Position numbers and translations under genes: made by a program. Below the pieces are notes generated by a model. It saw only the letters and a list, made by a program, of their open reading frames with translations, was not told where the DNA came from and ran no database searches. Shown here one piece after another: positions 35,484 to 49,180 of a DNA stretch of 64,000 nucleotides (position 1 is the first letter of the stretch; each line of letters opens with the position of its first letter). Source of the stretch: Macrostomum lignano (lineage: Eukaryota). The stretch covers positions 62,001 to 126,000 of the forward strand of contig NIVC01001794.1 of NCBI GenBank assembly GCA_002269645.1, in the 5' to 3' direction.

Positions 35484-38400
35484 ATGCTTTTTATTGTTGC
35501 AAAGTGCTTGTCTAGTCTGGCACTTGCAGTCGTCCTCACTGCATCCTTCTGCCAGGATGTACAGGGCTCACCAACAAGTTCCCACCTGAGTACGGTGGAC
35601 TACAACGGCTCTGAGTACACCTTTAATCTGGAGGAGTTCGCTGGCACAGACATGGACTATCTGGAACAGAGACAGGCGTGTTTTACCAAAGAGATGAACG
35701 GGTTGAAACCGTTTCGCATAGCTGACAGCGCCGAGTTCCTGGCACCCCTGATTCGGCTGGTCTCCGTCAAGTGAGTGGCCCTTCTCTGTTCCTATCAATA
35801 GTATATTTTTGGGCTTTCTTTACTCGAAGCGAATGGTGCCCCTGTTGTTGGCACCTAGTGCAGTCTGAAGTTCAAGTCTGTTTCATCGGCATGTCGACAT
35901 GTGCCTGCATCATCTCAGACTCCGGTAGCCACTGGCCTTTGCCTAAGCAGAGCTCCCAAACCTTCAAATATTCTTGTTCGAGAATGAGCGCAACAGAAGG
36001 CGTCCTCGAAGTTCGTGGTCTGTGTTCGAAGTGTTCTTCTGGCGCATTTTTTACTTTAGAAATTTCTTCAATACCATAATACAGATATTATATAACTAGG
36101 CTTACCTTGCGCAAAGCGTTTGTTATTTTGCAAGGCAGTGATTTTTTCAATTTCAACAGCACTTCATTTGCGGTTTGGCTCTCTGGCGTAACCATGACAA
36201 CGGATATCGAGCACAGGGCTCAGGCTCCGCACATTCCACTGCTGAACGGCAGCAGCCTCAGATGGGGCTTCACCGGTCAGCTCCTGAACGTTGGCTGGCT
36301 GAACGAGAACCTCACCAGCATTCCCTGGGCTGCCGAGGGCAACGCCTATGCGACTGGTGGCGGCGCGGGCAGCCTGGTGGCCATGCGGCTGCTTGCCTGC
36401 AGCGATTTCAACGGCACAGCAGGCGACAGCAGCGATGGCGGTGGCGGAAACTCCAGCTGCCAGTTCGAGTTCGTGCTGACCCGGCACTGGGAGCTGGTGC
36501 ATCCAATCTGCTGGACATCCACTGACTGCACGTGTAAGACTTTCACTGATGATATTTTCTTACAGGCTTTTGTGCGACATTGTTGTACTCTTTAGGCTAC
36601 TCACTTACTCAGGTAAGGCCTAACAGTGTACCCGGATATTCGATTCGAATCAGACGGACGGAATGCTTTGTAGCTTTGAATAAATATTCTTGCTGCTATA
36701 TTTAGACCAAAAGATATTGCTTTCATCATTCATTCGGGGGCTGAACATAATTTCATTGAAGAATTTCCTTAAATAAATTGCGGCAGTTATCCGTTCAGGA
36801 CTCAATTAGTTGCTATGAAACGAGACTGAATAGAACATTATCCTCGCCATGACGCACTGCAGCCAGTGAAAACCAGACCTGCGTGTCCAGCAGCTATCCG
36901 GGCGCACCAGCTGCCTGCCTCTGCCTTCGCCGCAGTCAGATCTCTATCGAGACTCTGCTTGATCAACTGCTGATCAGCTGCCTGTTGCCGAAATTGGATA
37001 CGCCCGAGTTAGCGGACACCTTCGTGTGAGTTTGCTGGGCGAACCCACTGAAAAACGGGGTGTCGTGGGTCACAGTATCGCAACCTCAAATGTTAGAATT
37101 TGAGAACCGCAAGAGGACACTAGAGAGACTATTTGTTCTAAAAGCGTACTTCTAGATGGGTTTAAGGATAAGTACTTTTGTGAATCGTGATGCTGTTATC
37201 ATAGAAATGGCTTCAAAGGTAAGTACAGTGAACAAAGAATAAAGTGTCAGCTTCAGATTCGCCCTTTTACGAGCGTAGATGCTGGAATCGGGCGTGTAGC
37301 GCATACAAAACTCCTAGCAAAAAAGATAGATTGTCTGATTGAGGTTTAATGAATTGTTTGCTCAGCTTATTCTTCTATTTATGTTTCTAGAGTTTATGCA
37401 GGATCCAAGCCTGGAAAAGCCCAGCAACGATGGTCCATCACTTGTTATAAATTACTCGTATTTGTTTATTCTTTAGCCTGAACTTAAAGAAATGATAAGT
37501 GGGGGAAATCACGCGCAAATTTCGAAAAAGGTTGGTTCATGACATTTCTTGAAGAAAAATTCGAAAATCTCCCCATACCGGATTGAGGTCAGCTCAATGC
37601 TAAACGCGTCTCGACTCTCGCGCCTCGACCCCTCGTTCGATTCCGTGCGTGGTCACTGGTCACGTGTATTTTTGGCTTGTGCGCAAAAAATTGTCGGGAG
37701 CTGTGCAATTCAGTTCCATGAGGATCAACCCTCAAGGCACAGAGACTGTAAAAGCCTGACGATTAGAAAGCCAGGGCCGCTGTACATCCTGTGGGAGCAT
37801 CAGCGCTGGTTGTGGGACAATGTCACCAAAAGCTTTGCACCAGGGTGCCCGGCACCCTTCTGCAGTTATTATTATTGTTATTACTACTATTATGATCGAT
37901 TGACAATCGTAATGACTTCAGATCCCTGCTGAGCGAAGTGCCATCGGGTTACAGTGGTCACTTAGTTTCGATTCTGCTAATTCAAAGCGACTATCTGACA
38001 GTTCATGGAGGCGGCGATGTACAGTCCGCTGGCTACAAGGACATGCTGGAGTTCAACACAGGTCTAAGAAAACCCAAGTATTGGTTTGACGACTACCAGC
38101 TGGTGCAGAAGAGTGACGCAACCAAGGCCTATCGCCTCGTGTTCGCGTACAACGTTAACGGAGTGCAGCTATCAAGGAGGCTGGTCACTGCTGGCGATGT
38201 AGCATTTTGCGTTGGTAAGCCCTCTTAAATCTGTTACAATTCTCGGAGATCTCAATTTTACTGTTCTCCGGAACTTATTAGAATATTGTTGCATATTAGA
38301 AGCTGAAGAATCTTTTAATCCCATGTCGTGAATTTCAGCAAAGAGATGCCTACAGCCTCACAACGACTCTTATTTGCTGGGTCGCGGCCTGGTGGCCTTA

Positions 38401-41400
38401 AACAGCTCGCAGGACTCGCGCTATCTGGTTAATGCAGTGAGTCTCTCTAAATTAATGCCGAATAAATGCCGCAATGCTTGTCTAAAATGAGCCGGGAGTT
38501 CTACTGCGATTTTCTTTTACTGTTCTTTATGTTGTTTAAAATCGACAATAAAGTCATTCCATAAGTACAGGCAATTATTCAAGTATTGCATTTCACTTTA
38601 GCTGAGATTTTTTCGTCCCGTTGAAGCTTTTCATCCCGGTACGCTCGTAGTGTAAAAAACTATCCTCTTGTCCTTGCCGACATAAAAAACTTACAGACGA
38701 TCCAAAATCCACTATTTTTTACATTCCAGAACTCCCAGTTGACATTCCTGTATAGCTGCCAGACTGGCTATGAGTACACTTCCGCGGCGCAACGTTTTAC
38801 GAACTTCACTCGCCGTTGCAATGCCGCGGGTTCTTGGCAACCGGTTGAATTTCCGATCTGCCTGCCAAAATCCTGCGCTTTCCCTGACAGCGTCCCGGAT
38901 GGTGCGGTTCCGACGCTGCAGATGTCCAGCTATACACCCCAGGGAACGGTAGCTGTTCAGAGCTATTCTGATCCACAGAGTCTGCTGGTTCCCTTCAAAT
39001 CCAAGCTGCTGTTCAACTGCTCAGACTCTGGCAGGATTGGCTACATGCAGTGCGGCCATAACGCCATCTGGGACGCCAGCGGGCTGAACTGTAGCTGTTC
39101 GAATTTCACTGTTTCCGAGGCCTCCTGCTGCATACCTGTGGTGCCGAATGCGATTCTCATCCAGCCCACTGGTCTCGGTGTCTCTGAGAAGCCTTTGAAT
39201 TTTACGCATCAGTGCTTAGAAAACTACTCAAGTCCCTTGAACTCCAGCCTTACTGTCGCGTCTGGCACGTGCAACATTCTTGCAAACGGAAGCCAGGGGC
39301 AATGTCTCTGCGAAGCAGCAACGCTAGCTGGCGGATATCCGTTCAGCTGTGAGCCGAGCCCCTGCACTGAACCGCCACCTCAAGTGAACAATTCCATGGC
39401 AACGGTGCTCTACGGGGACACCGCTAAGCCGCTGACGCTGCCGCATAACTCGGCCTTCCCTGTTGGTCAGGTTGTGCGATACGCGTGCGACATTGGCTAC
39501 AAGCCGGTCAGGTTGGATAACGAAACAATTGTCGGGACATTCTTGGAGGCCACCTGCGAGATCGGCAACCGTTGGTCTCCGATCCGCTTTGAGTGCTCCT
39601 TAGTCACCTGTCCCGGGGTGAAGTCCTACTCATGGGTGGACTACTATAAAGTCTTACCTAACGTCACCGAACAAAACTTTACAGCTTCAACAACCGAAAC
39701 AAGCCAGGTACTTCCATACAAGACCCAGCTGCGGTGGTTTTGTCACGGAGATCACCTTAAAATTCCTGGCGCCTCCGATGAGCAAGAGTGCACCGAGTCT
39801 GGAGAATGGTCGTGGCTCGGCAAAGGCAAAAGAGCATTTTTCTGCGTCCGTAAGTTAAACAGTTTCTTTGATCTTGTCACTTTACCACTATTATCACTGC
39901 TTAGTAACGTCAGTTTCTATGTGAATATTTCTTGGAAATTTTTATGATAATTTTTGAACTGGAGATGTTTTGAACTTTAATTTTAAACCCCAGCTTAAAA
40001 GGCAATAAATTTGTTACTACCTTCATAGGAGCTTGCAGCAACGCCGTCCTCAGAAACAGCATCTCTGGAGACAACGGCTTGGTGCTTTTTTCTCCCTACT
40101 CAACCAATTTGCTGTCACATTGGTTCCGATTTCATTACCCAAACAACCATGCATCTCTGGTGTGCAACTGGACTACCAGTTTGCTGCATGGAATTCCGAT
40201 GTCTCCCAGCTTGGTCAGTTACAACTGGACAGTGAATTGCAATGTATATTCCAATAATGCCAACTGGACGAGTGACTTTGCACCGGACATGAACGGATTG
40301 CAACTCTGTCCGCAGCACAACTGTTTTAATTTAAGCATATTTGTTGAAAATGCCTCAATAACGAGTATCGGCAACCCGATGGAGATGTTCGTCACCGTCA
40401 GCTGCCTGCCCGGGCACACAATTCGAAGCCCGGTGGTGGCGAACAAGACAACCATTGCCTGCAACCGGACTACCGGGAAGTGGAACGCCACTGCAATCTG
40501 CGAGCCAGTCACGTGCGACAATCTGCCTTTCAATGCATCAGTTTCCGGGTTGATGAACCTAACTGCACCTTTCCAACTCAGCCAGAAGGGTGAAATATTG
40601 CCAGTGCATTGGAATGCCACCGGATTTTCACTCTACTCCAAGGTGCATTACCTATGCCAGATTCTGTCTGTTGTGAATGACAGCAACACGTGGAGGCCTT
40701 TTCAGTGCAGGATTGGACGTGATGGCCTCAGGGGTAGCTGGGAGGATGTGAACCCCTCGTCATCGTTCACTACTCTGAGCTGTTCACGTGAGTATGTGTG
40801 CAGTAAGATTATCTTGGAACATCAGGTGAGGCAGAAAACACTATTCTTTCAGACTACTGCCGAATATCAGCTCTAACAAGTGTAGTCGGTCCAGGAAACG
40901 CAACCTTCCGTTCACTCATCACAAGCACAGGCTATGTCGAGGGCTCAGCCGAAGCCACAGTGCAGTGCTGGGCGGGAAACTACTTCACATTCGCTCGTGG
41001 GAAGTCGTACAAGTCAGCTGGAACTGTCAATTGCAAAGAGGGCAGCTGGGACATAGAAGATGCTCGAAAAGCAAATGCTAGCGTCGAGCTCTGTCGCAAG
41101 CTGCCTTGCGAGCCGCTGACGAACTTGACGAACCTTGACCTGTTCAGTTTGACGTCAAGTGAAATCCTCAATAAGGCGACACGCCACGAGCCGGGCGCGG
41201 AAGTGTTGCTGCAGTGCCACCCGATGTACTATTTCGAAGCGATCAATGAAACTAAAAAGACAGCAACCTGTCTGAATAACTCAGTCTGGAGTTTCGCCAC
41301 AAACTGCCAGGCCCAGCTGTGCCCGGGTCTGCCTCTGGCAAATGAAACTGAGGCAATCGCGGCTCGAGGTCTGGCGCCGCACTTTCCCAACAGTCCGGGC

Positions 41401-42848
41401 TCGACCGAACCCAGCGCACTGTCCGGCCAGCCCCCGGCTACTCTGGTTGGCTATGCGTGTCGAAGCAGCCTGCTGGCCCAGCTGGAGATCGAGTCAAACT
41501 CTGCGGCGCTGTTCAACTGCACGGACACAGCTGGCCCAGGCATAGCCGGTTGGTCCGGCTCCCTAGCCCGGAACTGGAAGGATATCATTTGTCCCGGTGA
41601 GACACTAGCAAGCTGTTCTTTCTGCAACATGGCTTGATAAATATGGCTTGCTTAGACTGAACACACTGGCCGATTATTCTTAGTCCGGATTTACAATCAT
41701 CTGGCTTCGTAGATCTGGTTTTGGTGCGGTTCTGGTTTAGTCCGCTTGCAGTTAAGCTGCTCTCCCCTCTTTTGAGCGAAAACATTTTTCAGCAGTGGCG
41801 TAGCCAAGGCTTCGGCGGATCAATAAAGTTTTGAATTTAAACTTTAAGTCAACAAAAAAGCCAGTAACGCTAAAATCTCGCTGGCGGCCCTAAATTGCTG
41901 CGGAAATATTTTGCTTAGTGATGACTCATGACTCTGGCTCGTGACCTCTCAGATGAAAATCCACTGTTTTTCAAGCATTAATTTTTCGGTATAGCATAAC
42001 TTTGTAAATAACAGCTTCAGAAAAACACACACCATTGTATTGCACGCAGTGGTAGCGTGGTGAGCGGTTACAAAATAAACAGATCCAGATACTGTGTGTC
42101 TCAGTTTCTCCCCCAGGGTAGTGCGTTACATGCTACTGTTGTACCATCGTGCCCTTTTTTCTCGCGCCCTGCCCCACCCTTCCAGTGTTCTCGCATGTAC
42201 TTACAAGCGTCAATATGGAATCGTATGATCTCCGTCATCCCCACATCTGGCCCCCTTAGCAGACAAGCAAAAACTGGCAAACGCACTTTGCAGAGCATTG
42301 CTCCAGCCAAATTCTGCTTGACGCTTTCCACAACGGCTCGGTGACTTTCGAGGCCGAAGTGTTCCAGGCGGCCAACGTGTCCCTGGTAGGCAACGGGTCT
42401 CTCGCAGCCGTGAACTGCAGCAGGCCTGGCTCTGGTGGGACCCAAGCGTACCTCCACAGTGATAGCTGGGTCAACACTAGCGCCGAGTTCTCGTCCACGG
42501 CAGCAACGATGCGCTGTCTAAACGGCACCTGGCAGGTGCTTGATGCTTCCTCTCACAGCGGCAGCGAATCGAACCGCGTGCCCAGCTGCCAGGAGCTTCC
42601 GTGTCATCCACTGTCCAACTTGACCATCGCCAGCGTCAACGGAATAGCCAAAAACGGCAGCGCTCTGCTGGAGCCGCTGTCGAAGTCCGTGCGTCATGCA
42701 GTCGGCAGGCGAGTCGAGTTGCGCTGCCCGACAGGTTATCGATTCGCCAGCCTGGGCGCAGAGGCTGCGAGCGCGGTTTGCCTCAGCGGTCCACAGTGGA
42801 GCTTTGCCGAGGACTGCCAGCAGTGGAACGGGACCGCTTCTGGTCAAG
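35484..42848 (+). CDS. Secreted multi-Sushi/CCP-domain glycoprotein with a possible N-terminal C-type-lectin-like region
   Basis: ATG 35484, signal peptide MLFIVAKCLSSLALAVVLTASFCQDVQG. Phase-consistent exons: 35484-35770, 36139-36533, 36863-37025, ~37991-38214, ~38339-38436, ~38730-39850, ~40029-40788, ~40850-41597 and 42294-42848. Repeated CCP motifs (YSCQTGY...CNAAGSWQPVEFPIC; YACDIGY...TCEIGNRWSPIRFEC; LQCHPMY...TCLNNSVW; LRCPTGY...VCLSGPQW) and many NxS/T sites. The 3' end is unresolved. Confidence 0.75.
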
Positions 42849-43989
42849 GTGGGTTCAGAGAGTCGCTTTCCCAGATGTCAGTATTTTTCTCAATATCACA
42901 AAATTATTGATACTTTTGTACTGTTTAACTCCTTTATATTTGTACTAGCGACGTCAGCTCCCTGTTGGGAAGGCAAGACAAAAATATTTTTGAGAAACTT
43001 CACACGTAAAAGCCTGCATGGCCCAGTCACTATCGCTGGTTTCGTGAAATTTTGATGTTTAATGCATAACGCAAGTACCCTGATATCAAGCTTTCAGCAA
43101 AATAAGATATCAGCATCCCCTCTTCGAGCCTTGGCATTTTAGAAACTCCCCCTTGAGCCATGGTATCTATATAGCGAAGAATACTCGTATGCTCACTTTT
43201 GCCTTTGAAGTCAAAATTAGGCCTTTAAAAATTTTTATACAGTTTTGCGCAGCTTTGCATTCTAAAAGTGTAACACGTCCTTTTGGTGTTCCTATACTAA
43301 AAGATGATTGCATGTACAAAACCAGAATATGGTAAACGTACAACATGAGATTCATTGCAGCTGTAATTGACGCTTGAGTGCATGCAAAACCTGATCAAGA
43401 AACTGCAACTGAGGAAGCTTGTCATGTCAAGAAAGATCACGCGCTCCACTTGGGTAAGCATGCAGCCATGCATTTTTGCAATTGTCTTGCCAAATTGCCA
43501 TTTCAAGCGTAAATACTATCCAGTAAGTTTCTATTCAAAGGAGTCACTAAGCGCAGCATGTGGTAAGTGAAGGTAGGATCGAACAATGAGAGTTCTCCTC
43601 AGCATTTTTAGCGCTTTTTCTCTCTCGGACGTGACAGCTCCGTTTTCTGTCCCTAAATGTCTGTCTGGCTACCCCAACAGCCAAACACCTCGCTTTTTGA
43701 TTGCTGATTGCTCGTGTCTGTCAGTTACATGTAGCAGCAATATTTTGGACGATGTACCCTCTCTTTGAGGAGAATCGCACAATCAGCTATCATGCTAAGC
43801 CTGTATGCAGGTGCAACCAGCTCAGAATTTTCTCACGCGGACGCATTTTTAATTCAAATAAAAATTTCTGAGGCGACTGAAAGTTTACTGTTTATCGATT
43901 TTGACTCGTTTTCTGGTTTTGTTATTTATGCTGTTTGAGATACGCCAGCTGAGTTGCAAAATTAGCCACGATTTAGGCTCCCGAACGTC

Positions 43990-46225
43990 TAATTTGTCTA
44001 GCTTTACATTACTGCATGAGACTTGTCTAGCTTTACATTACTGCAGGAGACTTGTCTAGCTTTACATTACTGCAGGAGACTTGTCTAGCTTTACATTACT
44101 GCAGGAGACTTGCCTAGCTTTACATTACTGCATGAGACTTGTCTAGCTTTACATTACTGCAGGAGACTTGTCTAGCTTTACATACTGCAGGAGACATGTC
44201 TAGCTTTACATTACTGCCGGAGACTTGTCTAGCTTTACATTACTGCATGAGACTTGTCTAGCTTTACATTACTGCAGGAGACTTGTCTAGCTTTACATAC
44301 TGCAGGAGACATGTCTAGCTTTACATTACTGCCGGAGACTTGTCTAGCTTTACATTACTGCAGGAGATTTGTCTAGCTTTACAGTACTGCAGGAGACTTG
44401 TCTAGCTTTACATTACTGCAGGAGACTTGTCTAGCTTTACATTACTGCAGGAGACTTGTCTAGCTTTACATACTGCAGGAGACATATCTAGCTTTACATT
44501 ACTGCAGGAGACATGTCTAGCTTTACATTACTGCATGAGACTTGTCTAGCTTTACATTACTGCAGGAGACTTGTCTAGCTTTACATTACTGCAGGAGACT
44601 TGTCTAGCTTTACATTACTGCTTGAGACTTGTCTAGCTTTACATACTGCAGGAGACATGTCTAGCTTTACATTACTGCCGGAGACTTGTCTAGCTTTACA
44701 TTACTGCAGATTTGTCTAGCTTTACAGTACTGCAGGAGACATGTCTAAATTTACATTACTGCTTGAGACTTGTCTAGCTTTACATTACTGCAGATTTGTC
44801 TAGCTTTACATTACTGCAGGAGATTTGTCTAGCTTTACAGTACTGCAGGAGACTTGTCTAGCTTTACATTACTGCAGGAGACATGTCTAGCTTTACATTA
44901 CTGCAGGAGACTTGTCTAGCTTTACATACTGCAGGAGACATGTCTAGCTTTACATTACTGCAGGAGACTTGTCTAGCTTTACATTACTGCAGGAGACTTG
45001 TCTAGCTTTACATACTGCAGGAGACATGTCTAAATTTACATTACTGCTTGAGACTTGTCTAGCTTTACATTACTGCAGATTTGTCTAGCTTTACAGTACT
45101 GCATGAGACTTGTCTAGCTTTACATTACTGCAGGAGACATGTCTAAATTTACATTACTGCTTGAGACTTGTCTAGCTTTACATACTGCAGGAGACATGTC
45201 TAAATTTACATTACTGCTTGAGACTTGTCTAGCTTTACATTACTGCAGGAGACTTGTCTAGCTTTACATTACTGCAGGAGACTTGTCTAGCTTTACATTA
45301 CTGCAGGAGACTTGTCTAGCTTTACATTACTGCCGGAGACTTGTCTAGCTTTACATTACTGCAGGAGATTTGTCTAGCTTTACAGTACTGCAGGAGACTT
45401 GTCTAGCTTTACATTACTGCAGGAGACTTGTCTAGCTTTACATTACTGCAGGAGACTTGTCTAGCTTTACATACTGCAGGAGACATATCTAGCTTTACAT
45501 TACTGCAGGAGACATGTCTAGCTTTACATTACTGCATGAGACTTGTCTAGCTTTACATTACTGCAGGAGACTTGTCTAGCTTTACATTACTGCATGAGAC
45601 TTGTCTAGCTTTACATTACTGCAGGAGACTTGTCTAGCTTTACATTACTGCTTGAGACTTGTCTAGCTTTACATACTGCAGGAGACATGTCTAGCTTTAC
45701 ATTACTGCCGGAGACTTGTCTAGCTTTACATTACTGCAGATTTGTCTAGCTTTACAGTACTGCAGGAGACATGTCTAAATTTACATTACTGCTTGAGACA
45801 TGTCTAGCTTTACATTACTGCAGATTTGTCTAGCTTTACATTACTGCATGAGACTTGTCTAGCTTTACATTACTGCCGGAGACTTGTCTAGCTTTACATT
45901 ACTGCAGGAGACTTGTCTAGCTTTACATTACTGCAGGAGACTTGTCTAGCTTTACATTACTGCAGGAGACATGTCTAAATTTACATTACTGCTTGAGACT
46001 TGTCTAGCTTTACATACTGCAGGAGACATGTCTAAATTTACATTACTGCTTGAGACTTGTCTAGCTTTACATTACTGCAGGAGACTTGTCTAGCTTTACA
46101 TTACTACAGGAGACATGTCTAAATTTACATTACTGCTTGAGACTTGTCTAGCTTTACATTACTGTATGAGACTTGTCTAGCTTTACATACTGCAGGAGAC
46201 TTGCCTAGCTTTACAATACTGCCGA
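43990..46225. repeat. 29-bp satellite GAGACTTGTCTAGCTTTACATTACTGCAG, ~75 copies
   Basis: Direct tandem array with 26-29-bp variants. Confidence 0.97.
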
Positions 46226-46706
46226 GCTAGATATATCTACCTTCACTAGACTTACATACATGTAATTGCCAAAATTGCATGTCTAAAGCTTCCAACGAAC
46301 TGTTAACAAGCCTAGAGGCAGAGTGCGTCAGAGCTTGACATTAGGGCGACAGAAAGGCAACTGTTTAACTTTCTTTTAGGCTATTGAATGGTTACGAACT
46401 GGCACATGATTGGCAAACTCAACTTTTTACCAAAATCGATTCAAACGTCGTGTTTACAGTTATGAAAATCTCATAGCTAGTTGAATTAGTTTCCTCTGTA
46501 ACTCTTTTGCTTATGTCCTGTTATGTTATGTCAACATATCTACTAACAAATAATATTGTGTGCATGTCACAATTTCGGATTAATAAACGGCGGACGGTTA
46601 TCAACGTTTATTCTAACCCAGAAATAGTTTAATGATGGTTTAATACTTTTTCAAATGACCAATTTGCTTAGAGGATGTCAGAAAGAGGAGAACGAAAGAC
46701 AGCTAC

Positions 46707-47697
46707 GTTCATGCTTGAGAACTAGGATGTGCTGGGGTCACCCAGATATGAAGGAATGCATAAACCACGCACGAGAACTACATGTAGGATGCAGAGTTCA
46801 TGCTTGAGAACTAGGATGTGCTGGGGTCACCCAGATATGAAGGAATGCATAAACCACGCACGAGAACTACATGTAGGATGCAGAGTTCATGCTTGAGAAC
46901 AGGATGTGCTGGGGTCACCCAGATATGAAGGAATGCATAAACCACGCACGAGAACTACATGTAGGATGCAGAGTTCATGCTTGAGAACTAGGATGTGCTG
47001 GGGTCACCCAGATATGAAGAAATGCATAAACCACGCACGAGAACTACATGTAGGATGCAGAGTTCATGCTTGAGAACTAGGATGTGCTGGGGTCACCCAG
47101 ATATGAAGGAATGCATAAACCACGCACGAGAACTACATGTAGGATGCAGAGTTCATGCTTGAGAACTAGGATGTGCTGGGGTCACCCAGATATGAAGGAA
47201 TGCATAAACCACGCACGAGAACTACATGTAGGATGCAGAGTTCATGCTTGAGAACAGGATGTGCTGGGGTCACCCAGATATGAAGGAATGCATAAACCAC
47301 GCACGAGAACTACATGTAGGATGCAGAGTTCATGCTTGAGAACTAGGATGTGCTGGGGTCACCCAGATATGAAGGAATGCATAAACCACGCACGAGAACT
47401 ACATGTAGGATGCAGAGTTCATGCTTGAGAACTAGGATGTGCTGGGGTCACCCAGATATGAAGGAATGCATAAACCACGCACGAGAACTACATGTAGGAT
47501 GCAGAGTTCATGCTTGAGAACTAGGATGTGCTGGGGTCACCCAGATATGAAGGAATGCATAAACAACGCACGAGAACTACATGTAGGATGCAGAGTTCAT
47601 GCTTGAGAACTAGGATGTGCTGGGGTCACCCAGATATGAAGGAATGCATAAACCACGCACGAGAAATACATGTAGGATGCAGAGTTCATGCTTGAGA
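46707..47697. repeat. 89-bp tandem repeat, ~11 copies
   Basis: Unit GAGTTCATGCTTGAGAACTAGGATGTGCTGGGG...ACTACATGTAGGATGCA; period 89 (46707 to 46796). Confidence 0.97.
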
Positions 47698-47719
47698 AAT
47701 AACGGATGTGGTCTGGAGG

Positions 47720-48000
47720 TCCCGCATGAGAACTGAGCACATAGAGACGTCATGCATGAGAACTGGGCACACTGTGAGGTCACGCATGAGAACTGGGCAC
47801 ATGGTGAGGTCACGCATGAGAACTGGGCACACTGTGAGGTCGCGCATGAGAACTGGGCACATGATGAGGTCATGCATGAGAACTGGGCACATGTTGAGGT
47901 CACGCATGAGAACTGGGCACACTGTGAGGTCACGCATGAGAACTGGGCACATGGTGAGGTAACGCATGAGAACTTGACGGATGTGGAAGTCACGCGTGAG
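47720..48000. repeat. 30-bp minisatellite GAGGTCACGCATGAGAACTGGGCACACTGT, ~9 copies
   Basis: Direct tandem array abutting the 89-bp array. Confidence 0.95.
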
Positions 48001-48521
48001 AACTACAACGCACTAAATAAATAAAAGTAATGCATTGCTATAAAAATAAAGAATAAATTATGAATGACATTATAGTCTTTTTTTCTTCCTAGCACAAGCA
48101 ATTAAAAGCAGATTCACTGGTCAAGAGCGCACATCTGTATATTTATAGGCTTAACAAAGTGATAGGAACAGGACAGCAAATGTTCTAATAGCATTAGAAC
48201 ATATCTTGTTGTTTGTTTAAAAGAGCGGTGGATATAAGAAAGATTGACTCGGGAATCAATGGGCCCAATAGGGCAAACCTTGGATACAAAAGAGTGATAA
48301 AATGAAATCCCGGAGAAACAATTCATACTATTTTTAGCTGCATGTACAAGCGAACGCAGCATATTTGGGAAATCAATCATCAAATAACTATTCAATAGCA
48401 GAGATTAGTTGGACATTTCTGAGATTTTCCGTTGCAATTATGAAAAGCCAGACTTTCATCTTAACTCTTCCCAATATTAACAATCTGGAAAATTTTGACC
48501 CTTAGCCACAGATACTAGAAA

Positions 48522-48944
48522 AACTAGATGGGCCACTCAGCACATTTGCGTGTAAGCTACTTTCAGTTCAGTAGCAAGTTAAACAGAAGCATTTTAATGT
48601 ATTTTTAAAGCCAAGGCTTATTTATTGGCTCTTAACCCCCCCCCCAGCTTAAACCCTCCAACCGCGCCTTTCCACACTACCCCACCCGCCCCACCCTAAT
48701 TTTATTGCCTTTCTCGGAACTCCCGCCTAAAGCTGCCATGCACATTTCAGTGGACTGGCCAATGTACATTATTGCTGAACCAATTAGCAAGTTGTAAACG
48801 CCTGCAAGCTTGGGCTTCTCAAACTTATCAAAGGCACTTCAGCTTCCTTTTTTAATAAAATAGATTATGTATACTTCTTTGCTACTGAACTGAAAGTAGA
48901 CAGCTGTCTTACTAAGCATATATGCCTGAGTGGCCCATCTAGTT
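48522..48944. mobile_element. MITE-like element with perfect 19-bp terminal inverted repeats
   Basis: AACTAGATGGGCCACTCAG (48522-48540) and CTGAGTGGCCCATCTAGTT (48926-48944). Superfamily and TSD unclear. Confidence 0.6.
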
Positions 48945-49180
48945 ATTGTAGGTATCTGCCCATAGCAAAGAAAGGTACTATGAATACCGTTCAGCAAAGA
49001 AATTCTATTAAATTGAACCTACTTGAGATAATAAAACACAGAATATTTATAGATATCATCTCTGTAAATGAATGGCATATTAATAGTGATACAGATGACG
49101 GGGATGTGACAGTTTTGGCACTGAATACAATTTTAAATGAAACCGATCATGTCGCCATCAGGTCACCGTATCGCTACTTC

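Noticed and set aside
41792-41900. CAGTGGCGTAGCC hAT-like left end in a Sushi-gene intron
   Set aside because: No matching right TIR or TSD found.
43990-48000. Regular arrays as possible CRISPR
   Set aside because: The units are head-to-tail with no unique spacers, there are no cas genes, and the context is eukaryotic.
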